This document shows, piece after piece, positions 30,083-41,384 of a stretch of DNA of 64,000 nt. Each line of letters begins with the position of its first letter. Within the stretch, counting starts at the first letter, position 1. Position numbers and translations under genes: made by a program. This DNA comes from Gammaproteobacteria bacterium. GTDB taxonomy: Bacteria; Pseudomonadota; Gammaproteobacteria; Ga0077536. A model generated the notes under the pieces. It was not told where the DNA came from, made no database searches, and saw only the letters and a list, made by a program, of their open reading frames with translations. The stretch lies in the NCBI GenBank assembly GCA_963662545.2, contig CAXXLL010000003.1, positions 640,001 through 704,000 of the forward strand. The letters run 5' to 3'.

Positions 30083-31302
30083 GAATCGAATCTGAAATCC
30101 GATGGCACCACGATCACGCCGTCTTCGGTCAACGGGAAACGCATCGCGTCCGCGGCAACATCAATACCGATTTTCTCGCCGGGCGGTATATGTACGTGGC
30201 GATCGCAGATGCATCGCCTGAGTTGCGTCCCTTCACCGACCTGTACATCGGAGTAAAGGATTGAATCCTCCACGGTCGCGCCGTCATCAATGAACACGCG
30301 ATTGCCCAACACGCTGTGGTTGACGCCGCCGCCCGCGATCACCGTACCGCCCGAGACGATCGAATTGACACAAATTCCTTCATTGGAAGAACGTCCCGGT
30401 ACCGTGCGCGCTGGCGGTCGTTGCGTCTGGTAGGTCCGTATCGGCCAGTCTGTCTGATACAAATCCAGCGGCGGCTCGAGTTCGAGCAAGTCCATGTTGG
30501 CATCGTAATAGGCGTCGAGATCGTCAAGCGTACGCCAGTAGCGATCCTGTGTTACGCGGCCCGCGGTCTCGCCGAAGCGGTAGGCGAGTACGCGTTTGAA
30601 TAAGTCGAGGTGCGCCCCGATCAATTCGGTCAGCGATATGTCGGTGCGATCGGCCGCATTCAACGTCGACAGCAATTCCACGAGTTTCTTGCGCTTTATG
30701 ACACAAACCTGAATCGGCCAGAGTAAGTTATCGGGGGCGTCGGATATCTTTGCGTTGCAGTGCAATGCCGTGACGTCAACACCGTCAACTTCAAGAGCGA
30801 CGGAAAAGCGCGCACCGTTCGCGTTCGCCGCGGGTACTCCAGCCATGGTGACATCGGCGTCGTGCTTGGCGTGATGGGCAAGCACCGCAGAGTAGTCCAT
30901 GCGGTAGATCTGCTCACCCGATACCAGCAGGATGTTTTCCTCGCTCGCGCCGTCGATCAAATACAAGTTTTTTAAGAGCGCGTCCGAAAGACCAGCGTAG
31001 GTGGAAACCCCTTCGCGAATCGGCGGTGTAATTGGGGTGATGAATTCGCCCAGGTCCGAGTTGTAGATTGACCAGCCGTCCCGAATATGGGTCTGCAGAG
31101 ACAGCGCATTGTATTGCGTTAAGACCAGAATTCGCCGTTGTCCGGAATGCAGACAATTCGTCAGCGCGAAATCGATGATTCGATAGCTCCCGCCGAACGG
31201 CATGGCCGCCGTGGCGCGACGTGCGGTCAGGGGTTCGAGCGACTTGCCGTCACCGATCGCGGTGACCATCGCGAGCGTATCGTTAAGGTCGGAGGTGAAC
31301 AT
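30079..31302 (-). CDS. GlgC (ADP-glucose pyrophosphorylase) homologue with degenerate catalytic motifs
   Basis: PFGGSYRIIDF, IYRMDY and the beta-helix domain are retained; GGxGxR, RAKP, GDH, EKP and WRDVG are substituted. Confidence 0.85.
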   Translation of the reverse strand: MFTSDLNDTLAMVTAIGDGKSLEPLTARRATAAMPFGGSYRIIDFALTNCLHSGQRRILVLTQYNALSLQTHIRDGWSIYNSDLGEFITPITPPIREGVSTYAGLSDALLKNLYLIDGASEENILLVSGEQIYRMDYSAVLAHHAKHDADVTMAGVPAANANGARFSVALEVDGVDVTALHCNAKISDAPDNLLWPIQVCVIKRKKLVELLSTLNAADRTDISLTELIGAHLDLFKRVLAYRFGETAGRVTQDRYWRTLDDLDAYYDANMDLLELEPPLDLYQTDWPIRTYQTQRPPARTVPGRSSNEGICVNSIVSGGTVIAGGGVNHSVLGNRVFIDDGATVEDSILYSDVQVGEGTQLRRCICDRHVHIPPGEKIGIDVAADAMRFPLTEDGVIVVPSDFRFDS

Positions 31303-31317
31303 AATTCAGGGCCGCGC

Positions 31318-31323
31318 ATTATA
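31318..31323 (-). promoter_or_regulatory. -10 element of the glgC-like/glcD operon
   Basis: Perfect TATAAT on the minus strand, 15 nt before the ATG. Confidence 0.55.
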
Positions 31324-31447
31324 CGCTCAGAAACCTGGGGGGAAAGCATCTCCGTCCTTACACTGAAAGTGTGCAAATGTACGATCATCAAGCAGCTAGC
31401 CTCGAGGTAAATGCGGCCTGAATTGGCCGGCGCCGGCCCCGCTTCGC

Positions 31448-31453
31448 TATAAT
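31448..31453 (+). promoter_or_regulatory. -10 element upstream of rng
   Basis: Perfect TATAAT in a GC-rich context. Confidence 0.55.
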
Positions 31454-31509
31454 GGCGTGCCACGCCACGCCCGGCGCCCGTTAAATCAAACGCTCGAATC
31501 CTCGCAAGC

Positions 31510-33033
31510 ATGGCGGAAGAATTTCTGGTCAACATCACTTCGCAGGAAACTCGCATTGCCGTCATCGAAAATGGCGTGATGCAGGAATTTGCGATCGAAC
31601 GCACGATAAACCGCGGACTGGTCGGGAATGTCTATCTCGGCACCGTCGCCCGGGTGTTGCCGGGCATGGGCGCCGCGTTTCTCGACATTGGCCTACAGCG
31701 CACGGCATTTCTTCGCGTTTCTGATATCGCCGAGGTAGCCCGCAGAAACGAGGACGATTGCGCGGAGGTGTCCATCGAGCAGGCTCTTCGTGAAGGCGAT
31801 GAGTTGATCGTACAGGTCGCCAAGGATCCGCTCGGCTCGAAAGGCGCGCGCCTGACCACACATATCAGCGTGCCGTCGCGATACCTAGTGTTCATGCCAC
31901 GCTCCAACACCGTCGGTATCTCGCAACGAATTGAAGAAGATTCGGAACGACAGCGTCTGCGCGATCTGATATTGGACCTCCGCCCGGGACTGCGGCCGAT
32001 GGAAGAACTCGCGGTCACTGCCGATCTTGTAAGCATGGGCAACATCAGCGACCCGTTGGGCGGGTATATCGCACGAACAGCGGCCGAAGGCGTGGGCCGC
32101 GACGAACTAGCGACTGACATGGCGTTTCTCGAACGCCTGTGGGATTCGATTTCTGAGCGCATGAAAAGTGCGACCGCACCCGCGCTGATTCATGAAGACC
32201 TCCCTTTGACGCTGCGCACGATCCGCGACATCTCGACCTCTTCTGCGGACAGAATCCGTATCGATTCAAAGGAGAGTTTCGACGAAATCAAGAAATTCGC
32301 CAAACAATTCACACCGGAACTCGTATCCCGGCTGGAACACTATCCCGGCGAGCGACCGATCCTCGACATCTATTCGGCGGAAGACGAAATTCATCGTGCG
32401 CTGCAACGCAAAGTAGAATTGAAATCCGGCGGACACCTGATGTTCGACCAGACTGAGGCGATGACTACCATCGACGTCAATACGGGCGGATTCGTCGGAC
32501 ACCGCAACCTCGAGGAAACCATTTTCAAGACCAATCTCGAGGCCGCGCAGGCGATCGCTCGCCAGCTTCGCCTGCGCAATCTCGGCGGCATCATCATCAT
32601 CGATTTCATCGACATGACGAATCCTGAACATCAGCGCCAGGTTCTGCGGGCATTGGAAAAGAGCCTCGAACGCGGTCATTCGAAAACCTCCATCAGCGAA
32701 GTGACCTCGCTCGGACTGGTGCAACTCACGCGAAAACGCACACGCGAAAGTCTGGAACATATCCTGTGCGAACCCTGCCCCACCTGTAAAGGCCGAGGCT
32801 CAGTCAAGACTACGGAAACCGTGTGCTTCGAGATCTTTCGAGAGATCCTGCGCGAAGCCCGCCAGTTCGATGCCCAGAAGCTGCTCGTGGTCGCGTCGCT
32901 GGAGGTCGTCGACCGGCTCATCGACGAAGAGTCGGCGAGTATTTCAGAATTGCACGAATTCATCGGCATTCCGATTCGATTTCAGGTGGAAACGAGCTAT
33001 ACGCAGGAGCAATATGACATCGTCCTACTGTAA
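31510..33033 (+). CDS. rng: Ribonuclease G
   Basis: GNVYLG, PGMGAAF, IDVNTG, GGIIIIDFIDM, CPTCKG. Confidence 0.96.
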   Translation: MAEEFLVNITSQETRIAVIENGVMQEFAIERTINRGLVGNVYLGTVARVLPGMGAAFLDIGLQRTAFLRVSDIAEVARRNEDDCAEVSIEQALREGDELIVQVAKDPLGSKGARLTTHISVPSRYLVFMPRSNTVGISQRIEEDSERQRLRDLILDLRPGLRPMEELAVTADLVSMGNISDPLGGYIARTAAEGVGRDELATDMAFLERLWDSISERMKSATAPALIHEDLPLTLRTIRDISTSSADRIRIDSKESFDEIKKFAKQFTPELVSRLEHYPGERPILDIYSAEDEIHRALQRKVELKSGGHLMFDQTEAMTTIDVNTGGFVGHRNLEETIFKTNLEAAQAIARQLRLRNLGGIIIIDFIDMTNPEHQRQVLRALEKSLERGHSKTSISEVTSLGLVQLTRKRTRESLEHILCEPCPTCKGRGSVKTTETVCFEIFREILREARQFDAQKLLVVASLEVVDRLIDEESASISELHEFIGIPIRFQVETSYTQEQYDIVLL

Positions 33034-33114
33034 GCTTCACGCCACCGAACCGGTCGACAAATTTGAGCCGCGAAGCCACGCAAGCATCGACATGAGAGGC
33101 ACAAGATCGACGCG

Positions 33115-36100
33115 ATGAGAGGGATTTTCCAGCGTCTTATAGGTTTTCTCTGGGCTGCTTTCGCAGCCGTACTGATTGCCGCCGCTGCACTGGTCACGAT
33201 CGTGCGTCTGCTGCTCCCGGAAATCGGGGCCCAGCGCGCGGCAATCGAAGTCTGGATCGCCGAGACGGTCGGGCGCCCCGCGTTGGTCGGTGACATCAAG
33301 GCGAGTTGGAGCGGTTGGTCACCGCGAATCAGCGTCGACAAGATTGCCTTCTATGATCCATCGGCCTCCTCGGAGCTTGTCAGTTTCGATCGCGCCGTGA
33401 TCAATATCGCGCCGTTAGGCTCAATTATCGAGAGAACGCTCAAGCCGAAGAGCTTGATTTTGAGCGGCGTTGAGCTGACGCTCATTCGTCACGAAGACGG
33501 TCACATCTCAGTGGCCGGCATGCCGCCGCCTAAATCACCGATCATCGTGTGGTTGATCGAGCAGAACAATTTCGCGGTCACCGAAGCGGATCTCACCGTC
33601 ATTGACGTGCAGTCTGATTCGAGCTTCGTGCTATCCGACGTAACCTTGACCATACGCAACCAGGATGGGCGGCGATTGCTATCCGGATACGTGGATCTTC
33701 CGCCATCGTGGGGGCGGCGCCTTTCGTTCGAATTGTCCGCAACGGGAGACTTGCTGGGCTCGGACTGGGACGGCAGGATCAATTTCCGCCTGGACGACAT
33801 CCACTCGGAGATTCTGAGCGAGCATCTCGCTTGGCAGGGTGAACCACCGCCGAACGCAAGGGCGACCCTGGTCGCGTGGACCGACTGGAGTCGGGCAAAG
33901 CTGCAGACGGCAAGTTTCGATTTGCGCGTCGATACGCCGGTCGGCCGGGCATTCACAGCTGAGGACGGCCACTTTCTCCACGCCCGGGGCTCGGTGTCCC
34001 GGCGCTTGGCTGGCTGGCTTGTCGATGTCGAAGAAATCGATATGCCATCGGTTGTAACCGGGGCCGCGGCCGGCGCGAGTTTCAGCACGGCTTGGGAAAC
34101 CCGGCAGGGGACGCTGCATTCGGTGGTGATATCGGGTCACGATCTACCGCTCGAACCGGTTGCAACGCTCGCGGCCAGTCTCCTGCCGCTGGATGCTTCA
34201 ATTCGAGATCACGTGCTGCAGACGAACCCCAGCGGCACGATGCGCCGCTTTGACGCATCTTTTAATCGCGACGAGGAAGGTCGCATAAGCTATCTCGTCA
34301 CGACCGATCTCCAGCATCTATCGTTCAACAGCAACGAAAACTTTCCGGGCGTCACTGGACTCGATGCCAGCCTGAGCTGGGGTACGGAAGGCGGCTGGCT
34401 CGCGCTGACACAGTCCGATTTCAAGATTGATTACGACGCCCGCCTGCCACAGGCGCTCGATGTCGCGAATCTGAGCGGCAACCTGTCGTGGCGGCAGACC
34501 GGCGATGAGACTCTTGAGGTGCACGCCCGCACGCTCAAAGGCGTCATTGAAGGCGTCGAACTCGTCCTCAACGGGACCCTTCAAATGCGCGCCGGCACCG
34601 CTCCCGTGATTGATTTCACCGCGGACATCGCCGGGGCGGATGCGGTGCGCCTGCATCACCTGCTGCCGTCGGGCATCGTACCCAAACGTGGAGAGGACTG
34701 GTCGCGCGAACTGTTCGTGGAAGGCCGGGTGACCGACGGGCGCGTCGTGGTTCGAGGACCACTCGCCGGCTTTCCTTTCGATAAGGCCGAAGGCGTTCTG
34801 CAGGCCGACTTCGGTATCAAGAATGCAATCGTCAAATATTCGAGACGCTGGCCGCTCGCGACCGCGTTAAACGGCCGTCTGAAACTGCGTGGCAGGCAGG
34901 TCGAACTCAAGATTGACCGCGGGTTCGTCGCGCGCGCGAATATCGCGGGCGCGGAGGTGACGGTGCCCGACCTCTTCACCAAGAAGCGATTCGTACGCAT
35001 CAGCGGCACCGCGCATGGACCGGCCTCGAGCGCGACCGACATTATCATGGCCAGTCCGCTCAAGCTCACTAAAGCTGCCCGGATCCAGAATGTCGATATC
35101 AGCGGCGACATCGAAGTTGCGCTAGACATGAATCTCGCCCTCTACCGCGGCGGTCCCAAGGAAGTGCTGGGACAGGCGCACTTTCGCGGCAACCGTACTG
35201 CAGCGCGGCAACACAATATCGTCCTCGAAAACGTGTTTGGTAATGTGAGCTTTACCCGGGGCGACTGGTATGGCGAAGGGCTGACCGCGGAATTCGACGG
35301 CAGCGCGGTCGGCCTTGTCGTTAACGGCGGTCTCGACGACCCGAATTACGACAGCGAGTTTCGCATGACGGGCACGTCCGATGCAGCGGAACTCGTCAAG
35401 TACCTCAAGAGGTATGCATCACCGCTTTACGCGTGGCTCGAATCCAAAGGCCGGATCGGATCGCTCAACGGCGCCCTGCCGTGGAAAGCAGTACTGACGA
35501 TTCCAACGCCGAGCGACGACGGGTCGACCTTGCCGCGCCGCTTGACCCTCGAGTCTAGCCTCTTGGGCCTCGACGTGGATCTGCCTTGGCCGTTCGGAAA
35601 ACATTCCGCCGAGAGCAAACCCCTGCGCATTGAAACGGTGCTCAAGGATCGAATTGCACTGGCGACCCGAATCGACTTTGGCGACACGATGGACGTCGAA
35701 ATTACATCGCGCCCGGGCGCAGACGGAAAAGGCGTGGTCGAAAGGATCGAAGTGCTGTTCGGATCGATTGCGCCCGAGTTCAAGCATGCCCCGGGGATCA
35801 CGATGCGGGGCTACATTCCACAGTTGTCGCTGACCGAATGGGCCGGTTATCTTCATGGCGACCAAAACGCCCGCGCCGGCGAATTCGCCTCAATGCCCGC
35901 GAATTTCGATATTCAGGTCAAGCAGTTGCACATGTTTGGACGAACGATTGAGGACGTGCGGCTGCTTGGTTCTAAGGAGCCGGAATATTGGAATGTCGAG
36001 GTATCGAGCGTGGACGCCAGCGGCCGCATCGCGATACCCCAGGATATCACCAAGGGTTCCCTGAAACTGGATCTCGAACGCCTCCACCTCGTAAAAATAG

Positions 36101-36957
36101 AAAACGAGAACGAGGATGTTGTCTTCGATCTCGATCCGAGGCGTATTCCAACGCTTGAATTCGCCTGCCAATCATTTCAGTTTAAAGCGGTCGAATTTGG
36201 ACGGACTGAAATCAGGACGACCCGGCTGGACAAGGGCTTGAAGCTCGATAGGCTCACCTTCAACAATGCTGATTTCTCGGTAGAGGCCGTCGGTGATTGG
36301 ATCATCGATGAACGCCTCCACAGCAGCCGGTTGACCATTGACGTCGAGAGCGGCGCCCTCGCTCCGTTGCTCGAACGCTTCGACTATACCGTAGCGAATA
36401 TCGAAGGCGGCGCAACCAACATACACATCGATGCCAGTTGGCAGGGAACGCCGGCTGATTTTACGCTTGACCGCATGACCGGAACATTTGAATTGCACGT
36501 CGTCGACGGACGTTTTCTGGACATTGACCCGGGCAGTGGCCGGCTGTTCGGATTGCTCAGCCTACAGACCTTGCCCAGGCGACTCTCTTTCGATTTCACG
36601 GACTTGTTCAAAAAAGGCTTCACCTTCGACAGCATCGACGGCGTGTTCGAGCTGGAACTCGGCAACGCCTATACCAACAGCCTGCTAATGGACGGCCCCG
36701 CCGCGCGCATCGACATATCTGGACGCACCGGGCTTGCGGAAAAGGATTACGACCAGCACGTCGTCGTCACGCCGGCCTTGTCGAGCAGCATTCCCCTGGC
36801 CGCCGCCCTGTTTGGACCAATCGGCATCGGCGCCGGCGCGGTCTATTTCATCGGCGAAAAAATGTTCAAATCCATTCCCGAGCAAGTTAATAAATTTCTG
36901 ACGCGCAAATATACGATCAAAGGGTCGTGGGAAGACCCCATGGTCGAACGAATCTGA
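33115..36957 (+). CDS. yhdP: YhdP/AsmA-like lipid transport protein
   Basis: 1280 aa, N-terminal TM, follows rng; C-terminal GRLFGLLS..LPRRL..DF and G.WEDP. Confidence 0.9.
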   Translation: MRGIFQRLIGFLWAAFAAVLIAAAALVTIVRLLLPEIGAQRAAIEVWIAETVGRPALVGDIKASWSGWSPRISVDKIAFYDPSASSELVSFDRAVINIAPLGSIIERTLKPKSLILSGVELTLIRHEDGHISVAGMPPPKSPIIVWLIEQNNFAVTEADLTVIDVQSDSSFVLSDVTLTIRNQDGRRLLSGYVDLPPSWGRRLSFELSATGDLLGSDWDGRINFRLDDIHSEILSEHLAWQGEPPPNARATLVAWTDWSRAKLQTASFDLRVDTPVGRAFTAEDGHFLHARGSVSRRLAGWLVDVEEIDMPSVVTGAAAGASFSTAWETRQGTLHSVVISGHDLPLEPVATLAASLLPLDASIRDHVLQTNPSGTMRRFDASFNRDEEGRISYLVTTDLQHLSFNSNENFPGVTGLDASLSWGTEGGWLALTQSDFKIDYDARLPQALDVANLSGNLSWRQTGDETLEVHARTLKGVIEGVELVLNGTLQMRAGTAPVIDFTADIAGADAVRLHHLLPSGIVPKRGEDWSRELFVEGRVTDGRVVVRGPLAGFPFDKAEGVLQADFGIKNAIVKYSRRWPLATALNGRLKLRGRQVELKIDRGFVARANIAGAEVTVPDLFTKKRFVRISGTAHGPASSATDIIMASPLKLTKAARIQNVDISGDIEVALDMNLALYRGGPKEVLGQAHFRGNRTAARQHNIVLENVFGNVSFTRGDWYGEGLTAEFDGSAVGLVVNGGLDDPNYDSEFRMTGTSDAAELVKYLKRYASPLYAWLESKGRIGSLNGALPWKAVLTIPTPSDDGSTLPRRLTLESSLLGLDVDLPWPFGKHSAESKPLRIETVLKDRIALATRIDFGDTMDVEITSRPGADGKGVVERIEVLFGSIAPEFKHAPGITMRGYIPQLSLTEWAGYLHGDQNARAGEFASMPANFDIQVKQLHMFGRTIEDVRLLGSKEPEYWNVEVSSVDASGRIAIPQDITKGSLKLDLERLHLVKIENENEDVVFDLDPRRIPTLEFACQSFQFKAVEFGRTEIRTTRLDKGLKLDRLTFNNADFSVEAVGDWIIDERLHSSRLTIDVESGALAPLLERFDYTVANIEGGATNIHIDASWQGTPADFTLDRMTGTFELHVVDGRFLDIDPGSGRLFGLLSLQTLPRRLSFDFTDLFKKGFTFDSIDGVFELELGNAYTNSLLMDGPAARIDISGRTGLAEKDYDQHVVVTPALSSSIPLAAALFGPIGIGAGAVYFIGEKMFKSIPEQVNKFLTRKYTIKGSWEDPMVERI

Positions 36958-37041
36958 ACACCGCTTCGTTGAATACCATCTGGAACACGCGCGCGGTTGA
37001 TGACTTCCTGGCGCGCCAGCTCTTTCCCCCGACGGTACTGC

Positions 37042-38178
37042 ATGCTTATCTCAGAAACTGAATCCTGGCTGCCGGTAGAACTGCGCGAACAAGCGGACAA
37101 GCTACACGTCGTCGTCGCTATGTCAGGCGGCGTCGATTCGTCCGTCGCCGCGTTACGCGTTAAACGCGCCGGATTCAAATGCTCGGCCTTGTTCATGAAA
37201 AACTGGAACGAACCGCCGGATGACGGCCGCTGTAATTGGGAAGACGACGTCGCCGACGCCCTCGGCGTGTGTGATCACCTCGACATCCCGATCAACACGA
37301 TCGATCTTTCGCGCACTTATTGGGATCAGGTGTTTGAAGATTTCCTGGCGGAATACCGGCAGGGTCGCACTCCCAATCCCGACGTACTTTGCAATCGTGA
37401 AATAAAATTCAAGGCCTTCCTCGATGCGGCGAGGACAATCGGAGGAGATCTCATTGCCACCGGGCATTACGTCGCCTCGGATACGGTGAACGGCCGACGG
37501 CGCCTGTTGAAGGGGACGGATCGGACCAAGGATCAAAGCTATTTCCTCTACACGCTGGGCCAGGTGCCGCTTGCGGCATCGCTGTTTCCCGTCGGCGGCC
37601 TCGAAAAGACCGAAGTCCGCCGCCTCGCACGCGAAGCGGGGCTAGCCACGCACGAAAAGAAAGACAGCACGGGAATCTGCTTTATCGGGGAACAGCGTTT
37701 CCGCGAATTTTTGAGTCGCTACCTGCCCTCCCAACCGGGCCAGGTCATCACGCTCGAAGGCGACGTCATCGGCAACCATCACGGCGCGGTTTACTACACG
37801 CTGGGCCAACGCCAGGGACTCGGGATCGGCGGTGTCAGAGGTGCCGATAAGTTGCCGTGGTTCGTTGCCGGCAAGAATCTTGAATCCAACGAACTCGTCG
37901 TCGTGCAGGGCCACGATCACCCCGCCCTGATGCGCACCGCGCTCATCGCCGACGAACTGAGCTGGGTCGCGGGAAACGCGCACAGCATGCCATTTCGCTG
38001 CAAGGCCAAAACGCGATACCGGCAAACGGAGCAGGCTTGCGAAATCGAGCGCATCGACGACGGCCGCGCTGAAGTCCGCTTCGATAAACCGCAGCGTGCA
38101 GTCACACCGGGCCAGTCCGTGGTGTTTTACGACGAAGACGTTTGCATCGGTGGCGGCATCATCGACGCGACCGAGTAG
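37042..38178 (+). CDS. mnmA: tRNA 2-thiouridylase MnmA
   Basis: MSGGVDSS, PNPDVLCN, ATGHY, KDQSYFL, DSTGICF, TPGQ. Confidence 0.97.
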   Translation: MLISETESWLPVELREQADKLHVVVAMSGGVDSSVAALRVKRAGFKCSALFMKNWNEPPDDGRCNWEDDVADALGVCDHLDIPINTIDLSRTYWDQVFEDFLAEYRQGRTPNPDVLCNREIKFKAFLDAARTIGGDLIATGHYVASDTVNGRRRLLKGTDRTKDQSYFLYTLGQVPLAASLFPVGGLEKTEVRRLAREAGLATHEKKDSTGICFIGEQRFREFLSRYLPSQPGQVITLEGDVIGNHHGAVYYTLGQRQGLGIGGVRGADKLPWFVAGKNLESNELVVVQGHDHPALMRTALIADELSWVAGNAHSMPFRCKAKTRYRQTEQACEIERIDDGRAEVRFDKPQRAVTPGQSVVFYDEDVCIGGGIIDATE

Positions 38179-38184
38179 ACTTAA

Positions 38185-38346
38185 GGAAGCTCTGAGTAAG
38201 TCATGGTGCGTCTGAATGGTTCATGCAATGGTGCAGATCAAGGCACGAATCGCCGGCCATAGCGGCGACTAGGGCTAAGCTTCGTAACGTAAGGCTCCGC
38301 GATTTCATGGGTAAGGCAGATGGGCCATGACTTTTTCAGAGATTCC
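38185..38346 (+). mobile_element. MITE copy 2 with TTAA target duplication
   Basis: TTAA|GGAAGCTCTGAGTAAGTCATG...CATGACTTTTTCAGAGATTCC|TTAA. Confidence 0.85.
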
Positions 38347-38447
38347 TTAACTACACCTATGCGATTGAATTGCCGATAATAGGTGGCCCTTCCCCTCGAT
38401 TCGACATGCCGCCGGATCCGGCAGCGGCGGAAAATGATGGAGATAAG

Positions 38448-41111
38448 ATGAACAATTCATTCGACGCCCGCACCGAACTCATTGTCGGTGACACGACATA
38501 CACGATTTTCAGCGTGGCCCGCCTGGCAGGCAAATACCCGATCGAAAAGCTGCCTTTTTCCCAGAAGATCCTGCTTGAAAACATGCTGCGCCACGAAGAC
38601 GGGGTCGCCGTTACAAAAGACGACATCGAGGCGTTGGCGAACTGGGACGCCAAGGCAGCGCCCAGCCAGGAAATCGCGTTTACCCCCGCACGCGTCTTGA
38701 TGCAGGATTTCACCGGCGTCCCTGCGGTGGTGGATCTCGCTGCCATGCGCGATGCGATGACAAAGTTGGGCGGCGATCCGACGAAGATCAATCCGCTGTC
38801 ACCGGCCGAACTCGTAATTGACCACTCGGTGCAGGTCGACGTGTTCGGAACCGCCAACGCCGCCGAGGAGAATGCGCGCATTGAATTTAAGCGAAACAAA
38901 GAGCGCTACAGTTTCCTACGATGGGGCCAGGAAGCGTTCTCGAACTTCGCGGTCGTTCCGCCTGATACCGGTATCGTGCACCAGGTCAATCTCGAGTACC
39001 TCGCACGCACTGTGTTCGCCGCGAAACTAGACGGCGACTGGGTGGCCTACCCGGACACCCTGGTCGGCACCGATTCGCATACGACCATGATCAACGGACT
39101 CGGTGTGCTGGGATGGGGCGTGGGCGGCATCGAGGCCGAAGCCGCCATGCTGGGCCAGCCCATTACGATGCTGATCCCGCAGGTCGTTGGATTCAAACTC
39201 ACCGGCAAGCTGCACGAAGTATCGACGGCGACCGATCTAGTACTTCGCGTCGTCGAGATGCTCCGCGAGAAGGGCGTGGTCGGCAAGTTCGTCGAATTCT
39301 TCGGACCCGGTCTCGACGACTTGCCGCTTGCGGATCGCGCAACCCTGGCCAACATGGCGCCGGAATACGGCGCCACCTGCGGCATCTTTCCGATCGACGG
39401 GGAGACGATTAATTACTTGAATCTTTCGGGGCGTAAAGCCAAGCAAGTGGCCCTGGTCGAAGCCTACGCCAAGACGACCGGCATGTGGCGCGACGCCGCA
39501 AGCGCCGACGCCCAATATTCAGATACGCTCGAACTCGACATGGGATCCGTCGAACCGAGCCTCGCTGGTCCTACGCGGCCGCAGGATCGCATTGCGCTCA
39601 AGGCCGTCAAGTCGGCGTTTACGACACTGCTCGAAGAGGCGACGAGCGACCGGGCCGCGGGTGGTAGCGCGCCAGCGGAAATCAACGGCGAAACCGTTGA
39701 AATCCGTGACGGAGCCGTTGTGATCGCGGCGATCACGTCTTGCACGAACACCTCCAATCCCTCGGTCATGGTCGGTGCCGGCCTGCTCGCTAAAAAAGCC
39801 AACGAATGTGGCCTCAAGTCCAAACCATGGGTCAAAACCAGTCTCGCACCGGGCTCGCTGGTGGTATCGGCTTATCTCGACAAAGCCGGCCTGACGCCAC
39901 ACCTTCAAGCACTCGGTTTTCATACCGTCGGATACGGTTGCACGACCTGCATTGGCAATTCGGGCCCCCTGCCGACGCCGATTAGTGGCGCCATCAAATC
40001 GGGTGACCTGGTGGCCTGCGCCGTGCTCTCGGGTAACCGCAATTTCGAGGGCCGCATACACGCCGAAGTTAAAATGAACTTCCTGGCATCGCCGCCACTG
40101 GTCGTCGCCTACGCCATCGCCGGTACCCTGGACATCGATCTATTCAACGAACCGATCGGACAGGATGCCCACGGCAAGGATGTCTCACTCGAGGACATCT
40201 GGCCGACGGCGCAGGAAATACAGGAGACTATCGCCGCCGCCATCGATTCCGACATGTATTCGACAGGTTACGAAAACGTGTTCAAGGGCGACGCGCAATG
40301 GGCGGGTATCCAGGTTTCCGCGTCCAACCAGTATGCATGGGACGACACCTCGACTTACGTCAAGAATCCGCCCTACTTCGTCGACATGCCGAGGGAGCCT
40401 GAAAGCATCCGGCCGATCGCGGGCGCTCGCGTGCTGGCAAAGTTGGGCGATTCCATCACCACGGACCACATCTCACCCGCCGGATCGATCAAGGCCGACA
40501 GCCCGGCCGGCGAATACCTGATCAGTAACGGTGTACAACCCGTCGATTTCAATTCCTATGGATCGAGGCGCGGTAATCACGAGGTCATGATGCGCGGCAC
40601 GTTCGGGAATATCCGGCTGCGCAATCAACTCGCGCCGGGAACAGAAGGCGGCTGGACCCGGCACCAACCGTCCGGCGACGAGATGTCGATTTACGATGCG
40701 GCGATGCGCTATCAGGAAGAAAACATCCCCCTGCTCGTGCTCGCCGGCAAGGAGTACGGCACCGGTTCGTCGCGCGACTGGGCCGCCAAAGGCACGCTGC
40801 TGTTAGGCGTACGCGCCGTCCTCACCGAAAGCTTCGAGCGCATTCACCGCTCCAATCTCGTCGGTATGGGCGTTTTGCCGCTGATCTTTAAGGACGGACA
40901 AAATGCCGAGTCACTCGGCTTGACCGGCACCGAAACTTACGCGGTCGAGGGCCTCGATCTGGGCGTCAGTGAGGTCACCGTGGTCGCCGACGACGGTGAA
41001 GGAACGCCCACCCGGTTTCCTTGTACCGTACGCGTCGATACGCCCAAGGAATGGGAGTACTACCAAAACGGCGGGATCCTGCAATACGTACTGCGCCAGC
41101 TGGCAGCTTGA
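38448..41111 (+). CDS. acnA: Aconitate hydratase A
   Basis: [45 protein letters not shown]. Confidence 0.97.
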   Translation: MNNSFDARTELIVGDTTYTIFSVARLAGKYPIEKLPFSQKILLENMLRHEDGVAVTKDDIEALANWDAKAAPSQEIAFTPARVLMQDFTGVPAVVDLAAMRDAMTKLGGDPTKINPLSPAELVIDHSVQVDVFGTANAAEENARIEFKRNKERYSFLRWGQEAFSNFAVVPPDTGIVHQVNLEYLARTVFAAKLDGDWVAYPDTLVGTDSHTTMINGLGVLGWGVGGIEAEAAMLGQPITMLIPQVVGFKLTGKLHEVSTATDLVLRVVEMLREKGVVGKFVEFFGPGLDDLPLADRATLANMAPEYGATCGIFPIDGETINYLNLSGRKAKQVALVEAYAKTTGMWRDAASADAQYSDTLELDMGSVEPSLAGPTRPQDRIALKAVKSAFTTLLEEATSDRAAGGSAPAEINGETVEIRDGAVVIAAITSCTNTSNPSVMVGAGLLAKKANECGLKSKPWVKTSLAPGSLVVSAYLDKAGLTPHLQALGFHTVGYGCTTCIGNSGPLPTPISGAIKSGDLVACAVLSGNRNFEGRIHAEVKMNFLASPPLVVAYAIAGTLDIDLFNEPIGQDAHGKDVSLEDIWPTAQEIQETIAAAIDSDMYSTGYENVFKGDAQWAGIQVSASNQYAWDDTSTYVKNPPYFVDMPREPESIRPIAGARVLAKLGDSITTDHISPAGSIKADSPAGEYLISNGVQPVDFNSYGSRRGNHEVMMRGTFGNIRLRNQLAPGTEGGWTRHQPSGDEMSIYDAAMRYQEENIPLLVLAGKEYGTGSSRDWAAKGTLLLGVRAVLTESFERIHRSNLVGMGVLPLIFKDGQNAESLGLTGTETYAVEGLDLGVSEVTVVADDGEGTPTRFPCTVRVDTPKEWEYYQNGGILQYVLRQLAA

Positions 41112-41247
41112 CTCTTTGAGACGTGATCTCAATCCTCATGTTAGGTATTCAGGCAAGCCGCGCGGGCAGCGACAGGGCGCAATCTATGCCTAAAAGATGA
41201 GCGCCGGGGAAGTCCGCATAGCGCAGGATCGACTTTCAACACGCATA

Positions 41248-41277
41248 TTGAGGCCACTTTTAGTTAACTTTTAAGTT
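41248..41277 (+). promoter_or_regulatory. Candidate sigma70 promoter of nhaB with overlapping palindrome
   Basis: TTGAGG-N18-TAAGTT in an AT-rich patch; AACTT-TT-AAGTT inverted repeat. Confidence 0.4.
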
Positions 41278-41281
41278 TAAA

Positions 41282-41341
41282 GCGCCGCTATCCCTCTCTG
41301 GAGTAAGTCTGCAAGGACTTCGGCTGCATGGGGTACGGCGC
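41282..41341 (+). ncRNA. Candidate structured cis-regulatory leader upstream of nhaB
   Basis: Outer stem GCGCCG-C-TATCCC / GGGGTA-CGGCGC enclosing an AAGTCT-GCAA-GGACTT GNRA hairpin. Confidence 0.4.
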
Positions 41342-41384
41342 GATGGCAACAACGGCTGATAGAGTTTTCGGGGGACGGAGAACC

